From Candidatus Omnitrophota bacterium (GTDB taxonomy: Bacteria; Omnitrophota; Gorgyraeia; Duberdicusellales; 4484-171), in assembly GCA_024231025.1 (NCBI GenBank), contig JAAEQW010000090.1, forward strand, positions 21,490 through 85,489: a stretch of 64,000 nt of DNA, read 5' to 3'. This document shows, one piece after another, positions 45,261 through 55,788 of this stretch (position 1 is the first letter of the stretch; every line of letters starts with the position of its first letter). The translations under genes were made by a program, and so were the position numbers. Below the pieces are notes generated by a model. The model was not told where the DNA came from. It did not search any database and worked only from the letters and a program-made list of their open reading frames with translations.

Positions 45261-47071
45261 AATTTAACTCTTTCTAGATAATCAACTATCTCTCTTAATT
45301 GATCAAACGACAACTGCATACCCACCTTATCAACCGCACCCGCTGCAAACCGAGCCATATCGCAAGCCTCAAACAATTGCCTCATTTTATCTATGATATT
45401 TTTGTCGATACCTCCTAAAACAGCAATCTCATCAACAAAATTTATGGTAATTCCAGCAGAAGCAAGATGAAATTTATCACCCAAATACTCCTGCAAAGTC
45501 TTAAACGCAATATTATAAAAATCCTGAGATTTGCCCGAAACCATTAGATGCCTAGCTCGATTGATCCCAATTTTCGCCTTTTTTGGAGCTTGAAGTCTGC
45601 GCGCATAACGACTATCGGTTCTTAGTCGTTTGGTTTCTAAGAAAACTACTGCTGCAACAGCCGCAATGAAAACAATTAAAAAATGAAATATTATAAATCC
45701 TAATTTATTGTGCAAATAATGATCTTTCCTTCTAAGTTGACCGACATCCTCTTTAATATAAACTATATCCTCACCTACAACATCCTTGGCATAAGTTACA
45801 CCGCCATCGCCCGATTCAAACATTTGTGCCTCATCTAAAATCGTACCGCCTTCAACAACGATCGCTGTTGGCTCATTAGTAATTGTCAAATATTCGCCCA
45901 CCTTAGGATTAAAAAAAGAAAAACCTATAGCCGGCATCTCATTAATCGTGCTCTTTTTAGGAATCACCACCTGCTCAAAAAGTTTACCACTCGAGGTTGA
46001 TGTTACTTGCGGATCATAAATTTTGAAATCATCTCCTAAGTTAAGATCGATCAAATTAACTGTTTTGAAATTTCCATCTCCTGAAACTACCATTTTTAAA
46101 GTAATCGGATCGCCAACTTTAACTTTTTTTGGACTTATCTCTACATCAAAATTAAAATCACCAACAGCTCCATTAAAATTATCAGGCTTACCGGCAACCG
46201 GTAAATCTTTTATTTCAATATTTTCTTCAGGTGCAGATAAATTAAGTGGGTATCTTTGGTAATTGGCAAAAAAATTGTCAAATATATTTCCACCAAAAAA
46301 TCCTGAACCAAAAAAATCATCATCAAACGCAGATGACTTCCTTCTTCGTTTTTCAACTATCAAGTTACAATTTAAACCTACTGGTCCAAAAACAATACTT
46401 CCTGAGCGCAAAGCAAAAACATCAGTTGAAAATTCAATAACATCATAATTAATGCCATTCATTCTTTCCTTGTATTGCCTGGGCTGACTAAAATCACCCA
46501 CAATGATGCCATCTTTTGGAATCTTTGGATATTGGATATCCCTTATCCCTAAATTATCGACGTAAAGCTTAACTTTTAGCGGTATAATTTCATTAACATA
46601 GGCTTTATTTTTACCTAATTCAGCAACTATAAATGCCCTATCTTCTAAATCATAGCTCTCTTGAGGTTGAGAACCCCCCCCTGATGCGGCTATTTTATTT
46701 GCAACCTCTATGTTAACGGGTAGCGAAGAATAGTCGATGCCCTTATGATTAATGGTAATCGAAGGAATCACAAAGCTGCCCTCTTTTAAAGGGATTAAAA
46801 TATAGTTGTGAGTTATCGAGCTTGAAACTTGCCCATTAACAATTGACATTTTGGTTGATGGTCCTAAATACCGCACGTCAAAACCATCAATTTCCGGCAG
46901 CTGCGGTCTTTCGATGCTTCCAATGCCGCCAAAAGTAAGGCTCAATGTTGCAGTTGATCCGATTGAAACTCCACTACGATCAACACTAGCCTCAAAGCTA
47001 ATATCTGCGGCTAAAAGTGTCATACTTAACAATAAGAATAAAAGTACAAAAAACTTGCTCTTCACTACCAA
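45257..47071 (-). CDS. batD: BatD family protein
   Basis: ASVDR, SIVNG, GAVG.F, VGDPITL, C-terminal TM; operon context. Confidence 0.88.
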   Translation of the reverse strand: MVVKSKFFVLLFLLLSMTLLAADISFEASVDRSGVSIGSTATLSLTFGGIGSIERPQLPEIDGFDVRYLGPSTKMSIVNGQVSSSITHNYILIPLKEGSFVIPSITINHKGIDYSSLPVNIEVANKIAASGGGSQPQESYDLEDRAFIVAELGKNKAYVNEIIPLKVKLYVDNLGIRDIQYPKIPKDGIIVGDFSQPRQYKERMNGINYDVIEFSTDVFALRSGSIVFGPVGLNCNLIVEKRRRKSSAFDDDFFGSGFFGGNIFDNFFANYQRYPLNLSAPEENIEIKDLPVAGKPDNFNGAVGDFNFDVEISPKKVKVGDPITLKMVVSGDGNFKTVNLIDLNLGDDFKIYDPQVTSTSSGKLFEQVVIPKKSTINEMPAIGFSFFNPKVGEYLTITNEPTAIVVEGGTILDEAQMFESGDGGVTYAKDVVGEDIVYIKEDVGQLRRKDHYLHNKLGFIIFHFLIVFIAAVAAVVFLETKRLRTDSRYARRLQAPKKAKIGINRARHLMVSGKSQDFYNIAFKTLQEYLGDKFHLASAGITINFVDEIAVLGGIDKNIIDKMRQLFEACDMARFAAGAVDKVGMQLSFDQLREIVDYLERVKL

Positions 47072-47907
47072 TCCTTTAACACCTTAATTGCCTTACCCTT
47101 ATTTAGCTCTTTGGTATAAAGCCCCCTGGGCTCGGCTTGCTGACGATAATCTTCTAACAACATTTGAGCCTGTTGAGCGCTCATCGCTTGGGCATCATTT
47201 TTACCTGAACCACTATCATTTTGCGCACCATCTTCTTTGTTTGATTCGGATAACTGTTGGTTGCGATTCTCATCAGTTTGCTGTTGCTGGCTATCGCTTT
47301 TGTCTTGTTGCTTTTGCTCCTTGGGGCTCTGCTTTGGCTGTGAGCCTTGTTCTTGCTGCGGGTTCTGCTTTGGCTGTGATTCTTTTTGTTGATCTTTATT
47401 TGAATCACATTGCTTATTTTCTTGTTGTTGTATTTTTTCCTGCAAGCGCTTAAGCTCTTCTTCCACTAAATCATAATTATACTGAGCATCTTGGCTTTCG
47501 TCATCACTTTCTATAATTTTTTTGTAATGACTCAGAGAGCGTTTTAGTAAATCGACTGCGGCGGTCAGATTGCTATCTTCATGCGCTGCTCCATGCATAT
47601 ATTCAGAATTAGCAAGATTATAAAATGATTTTTTTTGCAAATCTTCGCTTTCTGAAATAATTGCCTTTTGAAAATGTTCAATCGCACGAGAAAAATCTTC
47701 CATTTTGTATAACGCTGCACCAAGATTAAAATTTATTAAATCTGATTCGGGCCGCTCACTCAAGGCCTGACTATATTTGCTTTCGGCTTTGTCGAATTCG
47801 CCATTATTGTATAATACATTGCCTTGATTTATTTTTCCGCGTAAAGATGCCGCTTGAATCGGAAAAGCAATAGTCAAAGTAATTATTATCAAATAGACAT
47901 TTTTCAT
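47065..47907 (-). CDS. batC: BatC-like TPR protein
   Basis: TPRs, Q-rich linker, C-terminal KDW. Confidence 0.8.
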   Translation of the reverse strand: MKNVYLIIITLTIAFPIQAASLRGKINQGNVLYNNGEFDKAESKYSQALSERPESDLINFNLGAALYKMEDFSRAIEHFQKAIISESEDLQKKSFYNLANSEYMHGAAHEDSNLTAAVDLLKRSLSHYKKIIESDDESQDAQYNYDLVEEELKRLQEKIQQQENKQCDSNKDQQKESQPKQNPQQEQGSQPKQSPKEQKQQDKSDSQQQQTDENRNQQLSESNKEDGAQNDSGSGKNDAQAMSAQQAQMLLEDYRQQAEPRGLYTKELNKGKAIKVLKDW

Positions 47908-48902
47908 ATTTTTCTTCTTCTGTCAACAAAAGTATTCACCAGTAACAACATAAGAGCAATCATCAAAGGTATCTGAAAACGCTCAGTATAAAGCTTGCTC
48001 TTTTCTTCTTTTATATTGCGCTTTTCAAACTTTGAAAGTTTTTTCTCATAAAGCGATACCAAACCAAAATCGGCACCACCCGCACGCACATAAGCCGCCT
48101 TAGTGCTAGAAGATATGTATTTAAGAAGCTCTTCGTTTAATCTTGATTTAACAACGTTACCGTCATTATCTTTTAGAAACATTTTTTTGCCATTCTCATC
48201 GGTTAATTGTATTAGCTCACCATCTTGCGAACCAATACCTAGACAAAATATTTTTACCCCTTCAGCTTTAGCCTTATTAACAAGTTTCTCTAAAACGCTG
48301 CGATTGTGGTCTTCACCATCGGTTATTATTATCATAATTTTATATTTGCTTTCGCCTTCATCGTAACTTTCAAGCGCAGTGCTAATAGCCGAAGCTATCG
48401 ATGTCCCACCAATAGGAATAGAGTTTACATTTAAGTCATCAAGAGCCAGCAAAAATCCGCCATAATCAGCGGTTAAGGGGCACTGTAAAAAAGCACTTCC
48501 GGCAAAGCCCACCAAACCAATGCGATCGCCGTTCAATTTACTTATTAAATCACGTATCGCCAACTTTGAACGAAGCAAGCGATTAGGCGCAACATCACTG
48601 GCTAACATACTTTTTGATGTATCAACAGCAATTATGACGTCTAATCCTCTTCGTTGAATTGGAAGCCATTTAAATCCCGCTTGGGGTCGCATTAACGCCA
48701 ATAACGAAAAAATAAAAACTAAGACAATTAAAAAGCCCTTTAGCTTATGGTTACTCACAGAATAAGCAATTCTAGGAAGCAACTTCATATCAACAAAAGA
48801 GCTAATATCCTTTTTGCGTTTTTTAGCCGCCCAATATAAAAATATTACTACAGCAAATACTGCCCAAAACATATTGATAAAATAAAAATGACCAAATCTC
48901 AT
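47904..48902 (-). CDS. batB: BatB-like VWA domain protein
   Basis: DTSKSM MIDAS, PNRL, GDRIGL, PLT.D, ITDGED. Confidence 0.9.
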   Translation of the reverse strand: MRFGHFYFINMFWAVFAVVIFLYWAAKKRKKDISSFVDMKLLPRIAYSVSNHKLKGFLIVLVFIFSLLALMRPQAGFKWLPIQRRGLDVIIAVDTSKSMLASDVAPNRLLRSKLAIRDLISKLNGDRIGLVGFAGSAFLQCPLTADYGGFLLALDDLNVNSIPIGGTSIASAISTALESYDEGESKYKIMIIITDGEDHNRSVLEKLVNKAKAEGVKIFCLGIGSQDGELIQLTDENGKKMFLKDNDGNVVKSRLNEELLKYISSSTKAAYVRAGGADFGLVSLYEKKLSKFEKRNIKEEKSKLYTERFQIPLMIALMLLLVNTFVDRRRKI

Positions 48903-48903
48903 A

Positions 48904-49899
48904 TTATGGTAACACCCGTAAAACCGTATTAGTTAAAATTACCTCCATTAAAAGCAAAATTAAAGCCGGCAACAAAAACCAACTAAATAACTCCTTATGG
49001 CGCATAAAGCCTTTGTCTTGGATTATTGTTTTTTCCAAACTGTCAATCTCCTTATATATTTCACGCAGCGATTCGGTATCAACCGCTCGATAATATCTGC
49101 CTTCGGTCTTTTGCGCAATTTGACGCAATAATTCTTCATCCAAGGGTATTTCCACATTGCGATACGCCTGCCGACCAAAAAGATCATTCACCGGATACGG
49201 CACCAGCCCCTCACTCCCAACACCGATGGTATATATTTTTATACCTAAAGCCGCAGCAGCTGCCGCAGCCGTTTGAGGCGATATTTCTCCGGTGTTATTT
49301 ACACCGTCGGTTAATAGTATAATTATTTTGCTCTTAGCCGCTGTATTTTTAAGACGATTAACCGACGAAGCTATTGCCGAACCAATGGCAGTACCATCTT
49401 CAATAACGCCTATTTCTACTCTTTTTAAATTAGAAGATAGCCAATCATAGTCTAAAGTTAACGGGCAAACCGTGTAAGCTTTAGCAGCAAAAGCCACTAG
49501 ACCAATGCGATCATGTTCTCGCATAGTTATAAAATCATCAACCACACCTTTAACTGCATCTAAACGATTGCTTCTTGATGATCCGCGATTAAAATCTTCA
49601 GCCAGCATACTCCCTGATGAGTCAATCGCAAGGGCAATATCAATGCCCTCGGTTTCTAAATTGCTTATCTCAAGTGGCAGTCGGGGTCGCGCCAAAGCAA
49701 ACAAAAACAAAACAACCACTAGTAATCTTAAAAAAATAAGATTCTCCGCACACACAACCCTTAAGCCAGGTTTAAAATCTTTTACTAAATCTTTTGATGA
49801 AAATTTTAGACTGTTTACTCTTTTGTGGTTTCGCATCCATAGCGCGCCTAAAACAACAACGGGTACGAAAGCTAAAATTAAAACATCTTTAAAAATCAT
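48904..49899 (-). CDS. batA: BatA-like VWA domain protein
   Basis: LARP, DSSGSM, DRIGL, GTAIG, LLTDGVNN, KIYTIG. Confidence 0.92.
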   Translation of the reverse strand: MIFKDVLILAFVPVVVLGALWMRNHKRVNSLKFSSKDLVKDFKPGLRVVCAENLIFLRLLVVVLFLFALARPRLPLEISNLETEGIDIALAIDSSGSMLAEDFNRGSSRSNRLDAVKGVVDDFITMREHDRIGLVAFAAKAYTVCPLTLDYDWLSSNLKRVEIGVIEDGTAIGSAIASSVNRLKNTAAKSKIIILLTDGVNNTGEISPQTAAAAAAALGIKIYTIGVGSEGLVPYPVNDLFGRQAYRNVEIPLDEELLRQIAQKTEGRYYRAVDTESLREIYKEIDSLEKTIIQDKGFMRHKELFSWFLLPALILLLMEVILTNTVLRVLP

Positions 49900-50390
49900 G
49901 TCTTTAGCCTTTCGGAAGTATCCCCTATAAGCTTATAGGCGCAACTTAAGCTTTTTTCCATTTCTTCCGTTTGTGGATCGTACTTAGCAAATTTAACCAT
50001 ATCGCAATGGTTTAAAAAGTCCTTTAACATGTTTTTATTTTCAACACCAATACTGTCAAAACTAACAAGATAAAATAAAAATTCCTCAGTAGTCATTTCC
50101 GGCGCTCTAATGTCGAAACGATCTTCAAGATATGTTCTAACTATCAAAGAAAGTTCAACATAATAAGGCACAACACTTAAATTTTTATTTTTAAGTCTGT
50201 CCAATGCTTCCAAAGCCAAAACATAAGCTGGTATTTTTGGTTTAATATCAAGTGGTTTTTCTTTTTTCCGATGCTTTTTAATAATAAAAAATACGACAAC
50301 ACCTATTACAGCTAATATGATTAGGGCAATCAACCAAGCGTAATTAAGCCCAAAATTTATCGGTCCTTTTATATCTTTTAATTCAACCAT
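49896..50390 (-). CDS. Bat-operon membrane protein (DUF4381-like)
   Basis: LKDI, TM helix, EMTTEE, DMVKFAK. Confidence 0.8.
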   Translation of the reverse strand: MVELKDIKGPINFGLNYAWLIALIILAVIGVVVFFIIKKHRKKEKPLDIKPKIPAYVLALEALDRLKNKNLSVVPYYVELSLIVRTYLEDRFDIRAPEMTTEEFLFYLVSFDSIGVENKNMLKDFLNHCDMVKFAKYDPQTEEMEKSLSCAYKLIGDTSERLKT

Positions 50391-50391
50391 A

Positions 50392-51270
50392 TCATGAGAG
50401 TCTTTTTTCTCGTATCCTAAAAAATTTAATCAATTCTTTTTCGTAAGGGTTATCACTTCTTACATCAATCATATCTACACCTGATAAACGCAAAAGCCGC
50501 TTGCGCTCATTTATGCGCTGATAAGCTTGTTGTTTATATTTATTAATTATTTTTTTGTTGTTAGTATCAACTGTTAAAACACTATCGGTTTCAAAGTCAC
50601 GCAAACACAACAAGCCAACGCTGGCAAGCTCCATTTCACGAATGTCAGTAATGCTTATTGCCACAATGTCATGGCGCTTATTGGCTACGGTTAGTGATCG
50701 CTTAAAATCAGGAGCAAAAAAATCAGATATCAAAAAGCATACACTTTTTCTCTTTATTACTCGATTTAAATAATCAAGAGCCATATTAATATCTGTGCCT
50801 TTTCCCTGGGGCTTGAAATATAACGCCTCTCTTATGACTCTTAAAACATGGCCCAAGCCTTTTCGCGGCGGAATAAATTTCTCTATCCTATCGCTGAATA
50901 TGATGAGACCAACCTTGTCGTTATTCTTAATTGCCGAAAGAGCCAAAACCGAACAAAGCTCAGCAGCTAATTCACTTTTTAATTTATTAGTCGAACCAAA
51001 ACGGCAAGATGCTGAAACATCCAACACCAACATAACTGTCATTTCACGCTCTTCGACAAACTTTTTTATGTATGGATGCCCCATACGCGCAGTAACATTC
51101 CAATCGATTGATCGCACATCATCGCCAGGTTGATACGCACGGACTTCGTCAAACTCCATGCCTCGGCCCTTAAACACACTGTGATACTGCCCACCAAAAA
51201 CATCCGTAACCATGCGTGAGGTGGTTATTTGAATACGCCTTACTTGCTTTAATACTTCTTTAGGTATCAC
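50392..51270 (-). CDS. DUF58 domain protein
   Basis: GRGMEFDEVRAYQPGDDVRSIDWNVTAR, EERE, ISDF. Confidence 0.93.
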   Translation of the reverse strand: MIPKEVLKQVRRIQITTSRMVTDVFGGQYHSVFKGRGMEFDEVRAYQPGDDVRSIDWNVTARMGHPYIKKFVEEREMTVMLVLDVSASCRFGSTNKLKSELAAELCSVLALSAIKNNDKVGLIIFSDRIEKFIPPRKGLGHVLRVIREALYFKPQGKGTDINMALDYLNRVIKRKSVCFLISDFFAPDFKRSLTVANKRHDIVAISITDIREMELASVGLLCLRDFETDSVLTVDTNNKKIINKYKQQAYQRINERKRLLRLSGVDMIDVRSDNPYEKELIKFFRIREKRLS

Positions 51271-52259
51271 GGTACTTCTATTTCTTCAAATACTCTTTTT
51301 ATAATGCCTTCTGATGTTTTCTCTTGCGCTTCCGCCTCATAACTTACTGCGATCCTGTGCCTTAAAACATCGAAACCAACCGACTTTACATCCTGAGGAG
51401 TTACATAGCCCCTGCCTTGGATAAAGGCATAAGCCTTAGCAGCTAAAGTAAGGCATATGCTTGCACGCGGAGAAGCACCGTATTGAATAAGCTCAACTAA
51501 ATCATTTAGTTTATACTTTTGCGGATCTCTGGTAGCAAATACAACATCCAATATGTACTTCTCTATTTTTTCATCTAAGTAAACTTCATCAACTACACCA
51601 CGAGCACGTATAATATCATCGGGTGTGACTATATTCTCAACTTTTATTTTTTTATCAGTGAAACTCATGCTTTTAAGAATTTTGTGTTCGTCCTGCCACG
51701 AAGGATAAGTGACATTTACCTTCAACATAAACCTATCAAGTTGAGCTTCAGGCAAAGGATAAGTGCCTTCTTGTTCGATCGGATTCTGAGTAGCCAAAAC
51801 TAAAAACGGATTATCAAGTTTAAAAGTCTCTTCGCCTATTGTAACTTGACGCTCTTGCATCGCTTCTAGAAGTGCGCTTTGCACCTTAGCCGGTGCGCGA
51901 TTTATCTCATCGGCTAATATAATGTTAGCGAAAATCGGCCCTTTTTTAACTGAAAAACTACCCTCTTTAGGGTTATAAATGAGTGTTCCAATAAGATCTG
52001 CCGGTAAAAGATCGGGGGTAAACTGCAAACGCTGAAACTTGGTTTTAATCGCTTGAGAAAGCACACTTACCGATAAAGTCTTAGCCAAACCGGGCACACC
52101 TTCAATCAAAATATGTCCGTTAGCTAAAAGGCCAATTAGAAGGCGATCGATAAGATCCTTTTGACCAATAATAGTTTTTGATATCTCCATTTTTAAAGCT
52201 TCTACAAATGCGCTCTCCTTTTTGACTTTTTCATTAATAACCGTAATTCCTTCCGACAT
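51267..52259 (-). CDS. moxR: MoxR family AAA+ ATPase
   Basis: GVPGLAKT, QFTPDLLPAD, DEINRA, ATQNPIEQEGTYPLPEAQLDRF. Confidence 0.96.
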   Translation of the reverse strand: MSEGITVINEKVKKESAFVEALKMEISKTIIGQKDLIDRLLIGLLANGHILIEGVPGLAKTLSVSVLSQAIKTKFQRLQFTPDLLPADLIGTLIYNPKEGSFSVKKGPIFANIILADEINRAPAKVQSALLEAMQERQVTIGEETFKLDNPFLVLATQNPIEQEGTYPLPEAQLDRFMLKVNVTYPSWQDEHKILKSMSFTDKKIKVENIVTPDDIIRARGVVDEVYLDEKIEKYILDVVFATRDPQKYKLNDLVELIQYGASPRASICLTLAAKAYAFIQGRGYVTPQDVKSVGFDVLRHRIAVSYEAEAQEKTSEGIIKRVFEEIEVP

Positions 52260-52424
52260 AAAACACCTCCTGATGTAGTCTTACGGGCATAATCTTACTA
52301 AAATTATACCCGATTGATTTAATATCGCTTACACAGATTAATTATTTCATTAATTATTGGGAATTTAGAATAAGATAAGAACCAAAAAAACAGTTAAACC
52401 CGTAGCTCATTGGAACTCAAGCTA

Positions 52425-52814
52425 TTATAAGGGGTGTCCCTTTTTTCTTAACACTGTTTCTACTTTCTCTAGTAACACTTCCGGACGATAAGGCTTTATC
52501 ACATACCCTTTTGCCCCAACCTCAGCTATTGCCTGCAGCACATCATTATGCTGGCCCTTTGCAGTAACCATAATGATTGGTATATCTTCGGTTACTGGAT
52601 TTTTTTTCAATTTGCTACCAGTTTCAAAACCATCCATGCCCGGCATCGAAATATCTAAAAGTATTAAATCCGGCTGCTCACTTTCAGCTTTCTCTAAAGC
52701 CTGCATTCCATCTAAAGCAGTAACAACGCTATAATCATTGGCTTGCAGCCTTAATTGTACCATTTCGACAATATCAGGATTATCATCAACTACTAAAATT
52801 TTTGCTCTAGCCAT
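52425..52814 (-). CDS. Single-domain response regulator
   Basis: VVDD, LLDISMP, VTA, KPY. Confidence 0.92.
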   Translation of the reverse strand: MARAKILVVDDNPDIVEMVQLRLQANDYSVVTALDGMQALEKAESEQPDLILLDISMPGMDGFETGSKLKKNPVTEDIPIIMVTAKGQHNDVLQAIAEVGAKGYVIKPYRPEVLLEKVETVLRKKGHPL

Positions 52815-52817
52815 GCG

Positions 52818-53180
52818 TCACTCCCCAATCAATACCTTTTCAACCCTAGCGATTAGCTTTTCTGGATCAAAAGGTTTTACAATATAATCTTTTATCCCCT
52901 CAATTTCAAACAAATCTTTCATTTTATCTTTCGCGGTAAGAATAATAATTGGCATACCTCGTGTAGCTTCATCAGCTTTTATTTCTTTTACAAAATTATA
53001 CCCGTCTAGTTTAGGCATTGCAATATCTAAAAGTATTAAATCAGGTTTTTCACTTTTAGCCTTCTCAAGCCCTATCGCCCCATCAAGCGCAACCGATACG
53101 CTATAGCTATTTGCTTCCAAGCGCAACTTCAAAACCTCTACAATATCAACTTCATCGTCTACTACCAAAATTTTCTTCAT
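52818..53180 (-). CDS. Single-domain response regulator
   Basis: VVDDE, LLDIAMP, LTA, KPF. Confidence 0.92.
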   Translation of the reverse strand: MKKILVVDDEVDIVEVLKLRLEANSYSVSVALDGAIGLEKAKSEKPDLILLDIAMPKLDGYNFVKEIKADEATRGMPIIILTAKDKMKDLFEIEGIKDYIVKPFDPEKLIARVEKVLIGE

Positions 53181-53206
53181 TGCAAACCCCCAAATTAACT
53201 CACACT

Positions 53207-55006
53207 TTACAACAAATAATCCACCAGTCTTTTGATCTGCGCCAAATCAAATGGTTTACCAACCATTGGTATAGCTTTTCGCTTTATATATTCATCTAGT
53301 TTTTCAATCTCCACTTCATATCCCGACATGATTAAAATCGGAATATTTTCGGTATCCACGTTTTCTTTAAGCCTGCCAACCACTTCATAACCGCTCATCT
53401 TCGGCATATTCATATCAAGCATTATTAGATCAGGTGGCTCAGCTATTATTTTATCTAGAGCTTCTTGCCCATCGTTGGCTTCTCTGAAATTAACATATCC
53501 CGTTTCTTGCAAAATTCTTATTAGAGAATTCACTATTGTCGGCTCATCATCAACAACCATTATTGTCTTTTTCAATCTCTCAGCTTTTTCATTGGTTAAA
53601 CCGCCCTCACACTTCTTGAGCAAATCGTCAACTGTGCTACCATCTCTAGGGTAAATTGCATTTCCGTAAGAAAAATTTATTGGAGGTTTTTCTTCAATCT
53701 CAAAAACAACTTTTTTTATTACATGCTTTAATTTCGCATTAACCTCTACAATGCTAACCGTATCAGCTTCTACCACAACAACCATTTTATCTTCCGCTAT
53801 CTCGTTTATAAACTCTCCGCTTCTTAGTTCGCCTTTCAAAGCTTGCAATATGATAGAAGAAATTTCCCGCGCCTTATCTTGCCCGAAGGTTTTCTTTAGA
53901 TGGTCGTAATTGTTTATTTTAAAAAGAATCATAGAAAGCTCTTCACCAATCTCACAAGCTAAAGCAATCTTATTGTTCGTCATCTCATGCAGTGCTTTCT
54001 GTTCAGTATATTTTGGTATAGTAAAAGAAAATTTCGCCCCTTTGTCTTTTCTACTCGTCACTCGCATTTTTCCCCCTTGAGCCTCTATGATACCTTTGGA
54101 AATCGCCAAACCAAGCCCTGTGCCCTTTGCCCCGGGGCCATTTTTTCTTCCAAATTGCTGGAATTTATTGAATACCTTAGTCAAATCCCCCTCGGCAATT
54201 CCATAACCGGTATCAGCTACTGAACACTCCATGCAGTTTTCTTGCTCAATAAGAAAAATTTTTATGTATCCATCATCAGTAAACTTAATGGCATTGCTGA
54301 TCAAATTCACTAAAATCTGCATTGTCTTATCTTTATCTGCATAAACTTTTACGTCTTTTTCAAGCAATTCGCTACTCAATTGTAAACCCTTCTTGCCGGC
54401 TTGTGTAGAAAAATTAGATATCGCATCCGTGATTAATTCTGCCATAGACACCGATTCTTTGTTCATCTGGATTTTTCCGGACTCTATTTTAGACACATCT
54501 AAGAGATTGTTAATTATGCGAATTAATCGATCAATATTTCTTAAGCTATTAGCTAAGGCGTTTCTTTGTTTTTCTGTAGTTTCACCAAGCAATCCTTCAA
54601 AAACTAAAGAAGTTGCTTCTTTTATGGGGGTTAGAGGGGTGCGCAATTCATGAGAAACCGTATCAATAAAATCATTTTTAAGCTGGTCGAGCTTCTGAAG
54701 TTCATTGTTTTTTTGTTCAAGTTGATTATATAGAGTATTAATGCCCTTTTTCGTCTTATCTAATGCCCAAACTTGTATTTCCAGTTCATCCTTGGCTTCA
54801 GAAAGCTGCTTTGTTCTGTCTTGCACTCGACTTTCCAACTCTTTGTTGAGGTCGTCAAGCTTTTTGGATTTTTTCTCAAGATCGGCATATAGAGTCTTGA
54901 TTTCCTGACTCGTTTTGTCTCTGCCCCACTTAGAATCATCCAATTCCTTTTTGCAAAGGCGCAATTCCTCTTCGAGTGTTTTAATCTTTTCTTTATCGCT
55001 ATTCAC
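53207..55006 (-). CDS. Cytoplasmic hybrid histidine kinase with degenerate GGDEF-like and receiver domains
   Basis: SHELRTPL, NLISNAIKF, DTG.G, GTGLGL; SYG.AIYPRDG (GGDEF-fold end); VVDDE/LDMNMP/KPF. Confidence 0.9.
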   Translation of the reverse strand: MNSDKEKIKTLEEELRLCKKELDDSKWGRDKTSQEIKTLYADLEKKSKKLDDLNKELESRVQDRTKQLSEAKDELEIQVWALDKTKKGINTLYNQLEQKNNELQKLDQLKNDFIDTVSHELRTPLTPIKEATSLVFEGLLGETTEKQRNALANSLRNIDRLIRIINNLLDVSKIESGKIQMNKESVSMAELITDAISNFSTQAGKKGLQLSSELLEKDVKVYADKDKTMQILVNLISNAIKFTDDGYIKIFLIEQENCMECSVADTGYGIAEGDLTKVFNKFQQFGRKNGPGAKGTGLGLAISKGIIEAQGGKMRVTSRKDKGAKFSFTIPKYTEQKALHEMTNNKIALACEIGEELSMILFKINNYDHLKKTFGQDKAREISSIILQALKGELRSGEFINEIAEDKMVVVVEADTVSIVEVNAKLKHVIKKVVFEIEEKPPINFSYGNAIYPRDGSTVDDLLKKCEGGLTNEKAERLKKTIMVVDDEPTIVNSLIRILQETGYVNFREANDGQEALDKIIAEPPDLIMLDMNMPKMSGYEVVGRLKENVDTENIPILIMSGYEVEIEKLDEYIKRKAIPMVGKPFDLAQIKRLVDYLL

Positions 55007-55055
55007 AATTTATATTATACTGTTGTGAAATTTTGCGTCAACTTTTTTGCTTTCC

Positions 55056-55637
55056 TTATTTGGGAATATTTTTTAGGTGCAAAAAATCTTTTGCGAGGAT
55101 GGATTTTTTATTCATATCATAAGTTATAACCGCCGGATGAAACATCGGCATAATTTTAACTCTGCCATAAGAAGCAGGCGCTATAAAAACACTGCCATGA
55201 ATTTTTGTTATGCCTTGCACTTTAGCTTCGAGTCCAAATTTTTTTAAAATATAGGAGGTGGCAAAATTACCCAAACAACATATAATACTCGGACGTATAC
55301 GCTCAATTTGTTGGTCTAAGTAAGGAGTGCAAGCAATTATCTCATCACTTTGAGGATTCCTATTCTTAGGCGGGCGGCATTTTAAGATGTTACCGATAAA
55401 AACTTCTTCTCGCTTTAGACCTGCATGCCCTAGAAGTTCATCCAACTGAGCACCGGCTTTACCGCAAAAAGGCCTGCCTTGGGCATCCTCATTTGCCCCC
55501 GGTGCCTCTCCGATAAACATAACCGAAGCCGACAAATCCCCCTCACCAACAACAGCATTAGTGCGAGTCAAGCCCAAAGAACACTTGCTGCAAGTGGATA
55601 TCTGCTGATTAAGCTCTCCGATGTCTGCTAACTCCAT
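55056..55637 (-). CDS. Uracil-DNA glycosylase, family 4 (Fe-S)
   Basis: CSKC, IGEAPG, GRPF.G.AG, KCRPP.NR.P, HPA. Confidence 0.93.
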   Translation of the reverse strand: MELADIGELNQQISTCSKCSLGLTRTNAVVGEGDLSASVMFIGEAPGANEDAQGRPFCGKAGAQLDELLGHAGLKREEVFIGNILKCRPPKNRNPQSDEIIACTPYLDQQIERIRPSIICCLGNFATSYILKKFGLEAKVQGITKIHGSVFIAPASYGRVKIMPMFHPAVITYDMNKKSILAKDFLHLKNIPK

Positions 55638-55788
55638 ACAGTTATTGTATTACAAAAATAAATTTTATCAACTTTTGAAAAGGAATCTCTCAGTTAATAC
55701 ACTCGCCAAACCCGAGGTAACTCAAACCATCTCCGGAATTTCGCCCGAACTTTTCTAGGTGAAACAAGAAAGACCTGACCCCTTTCCC

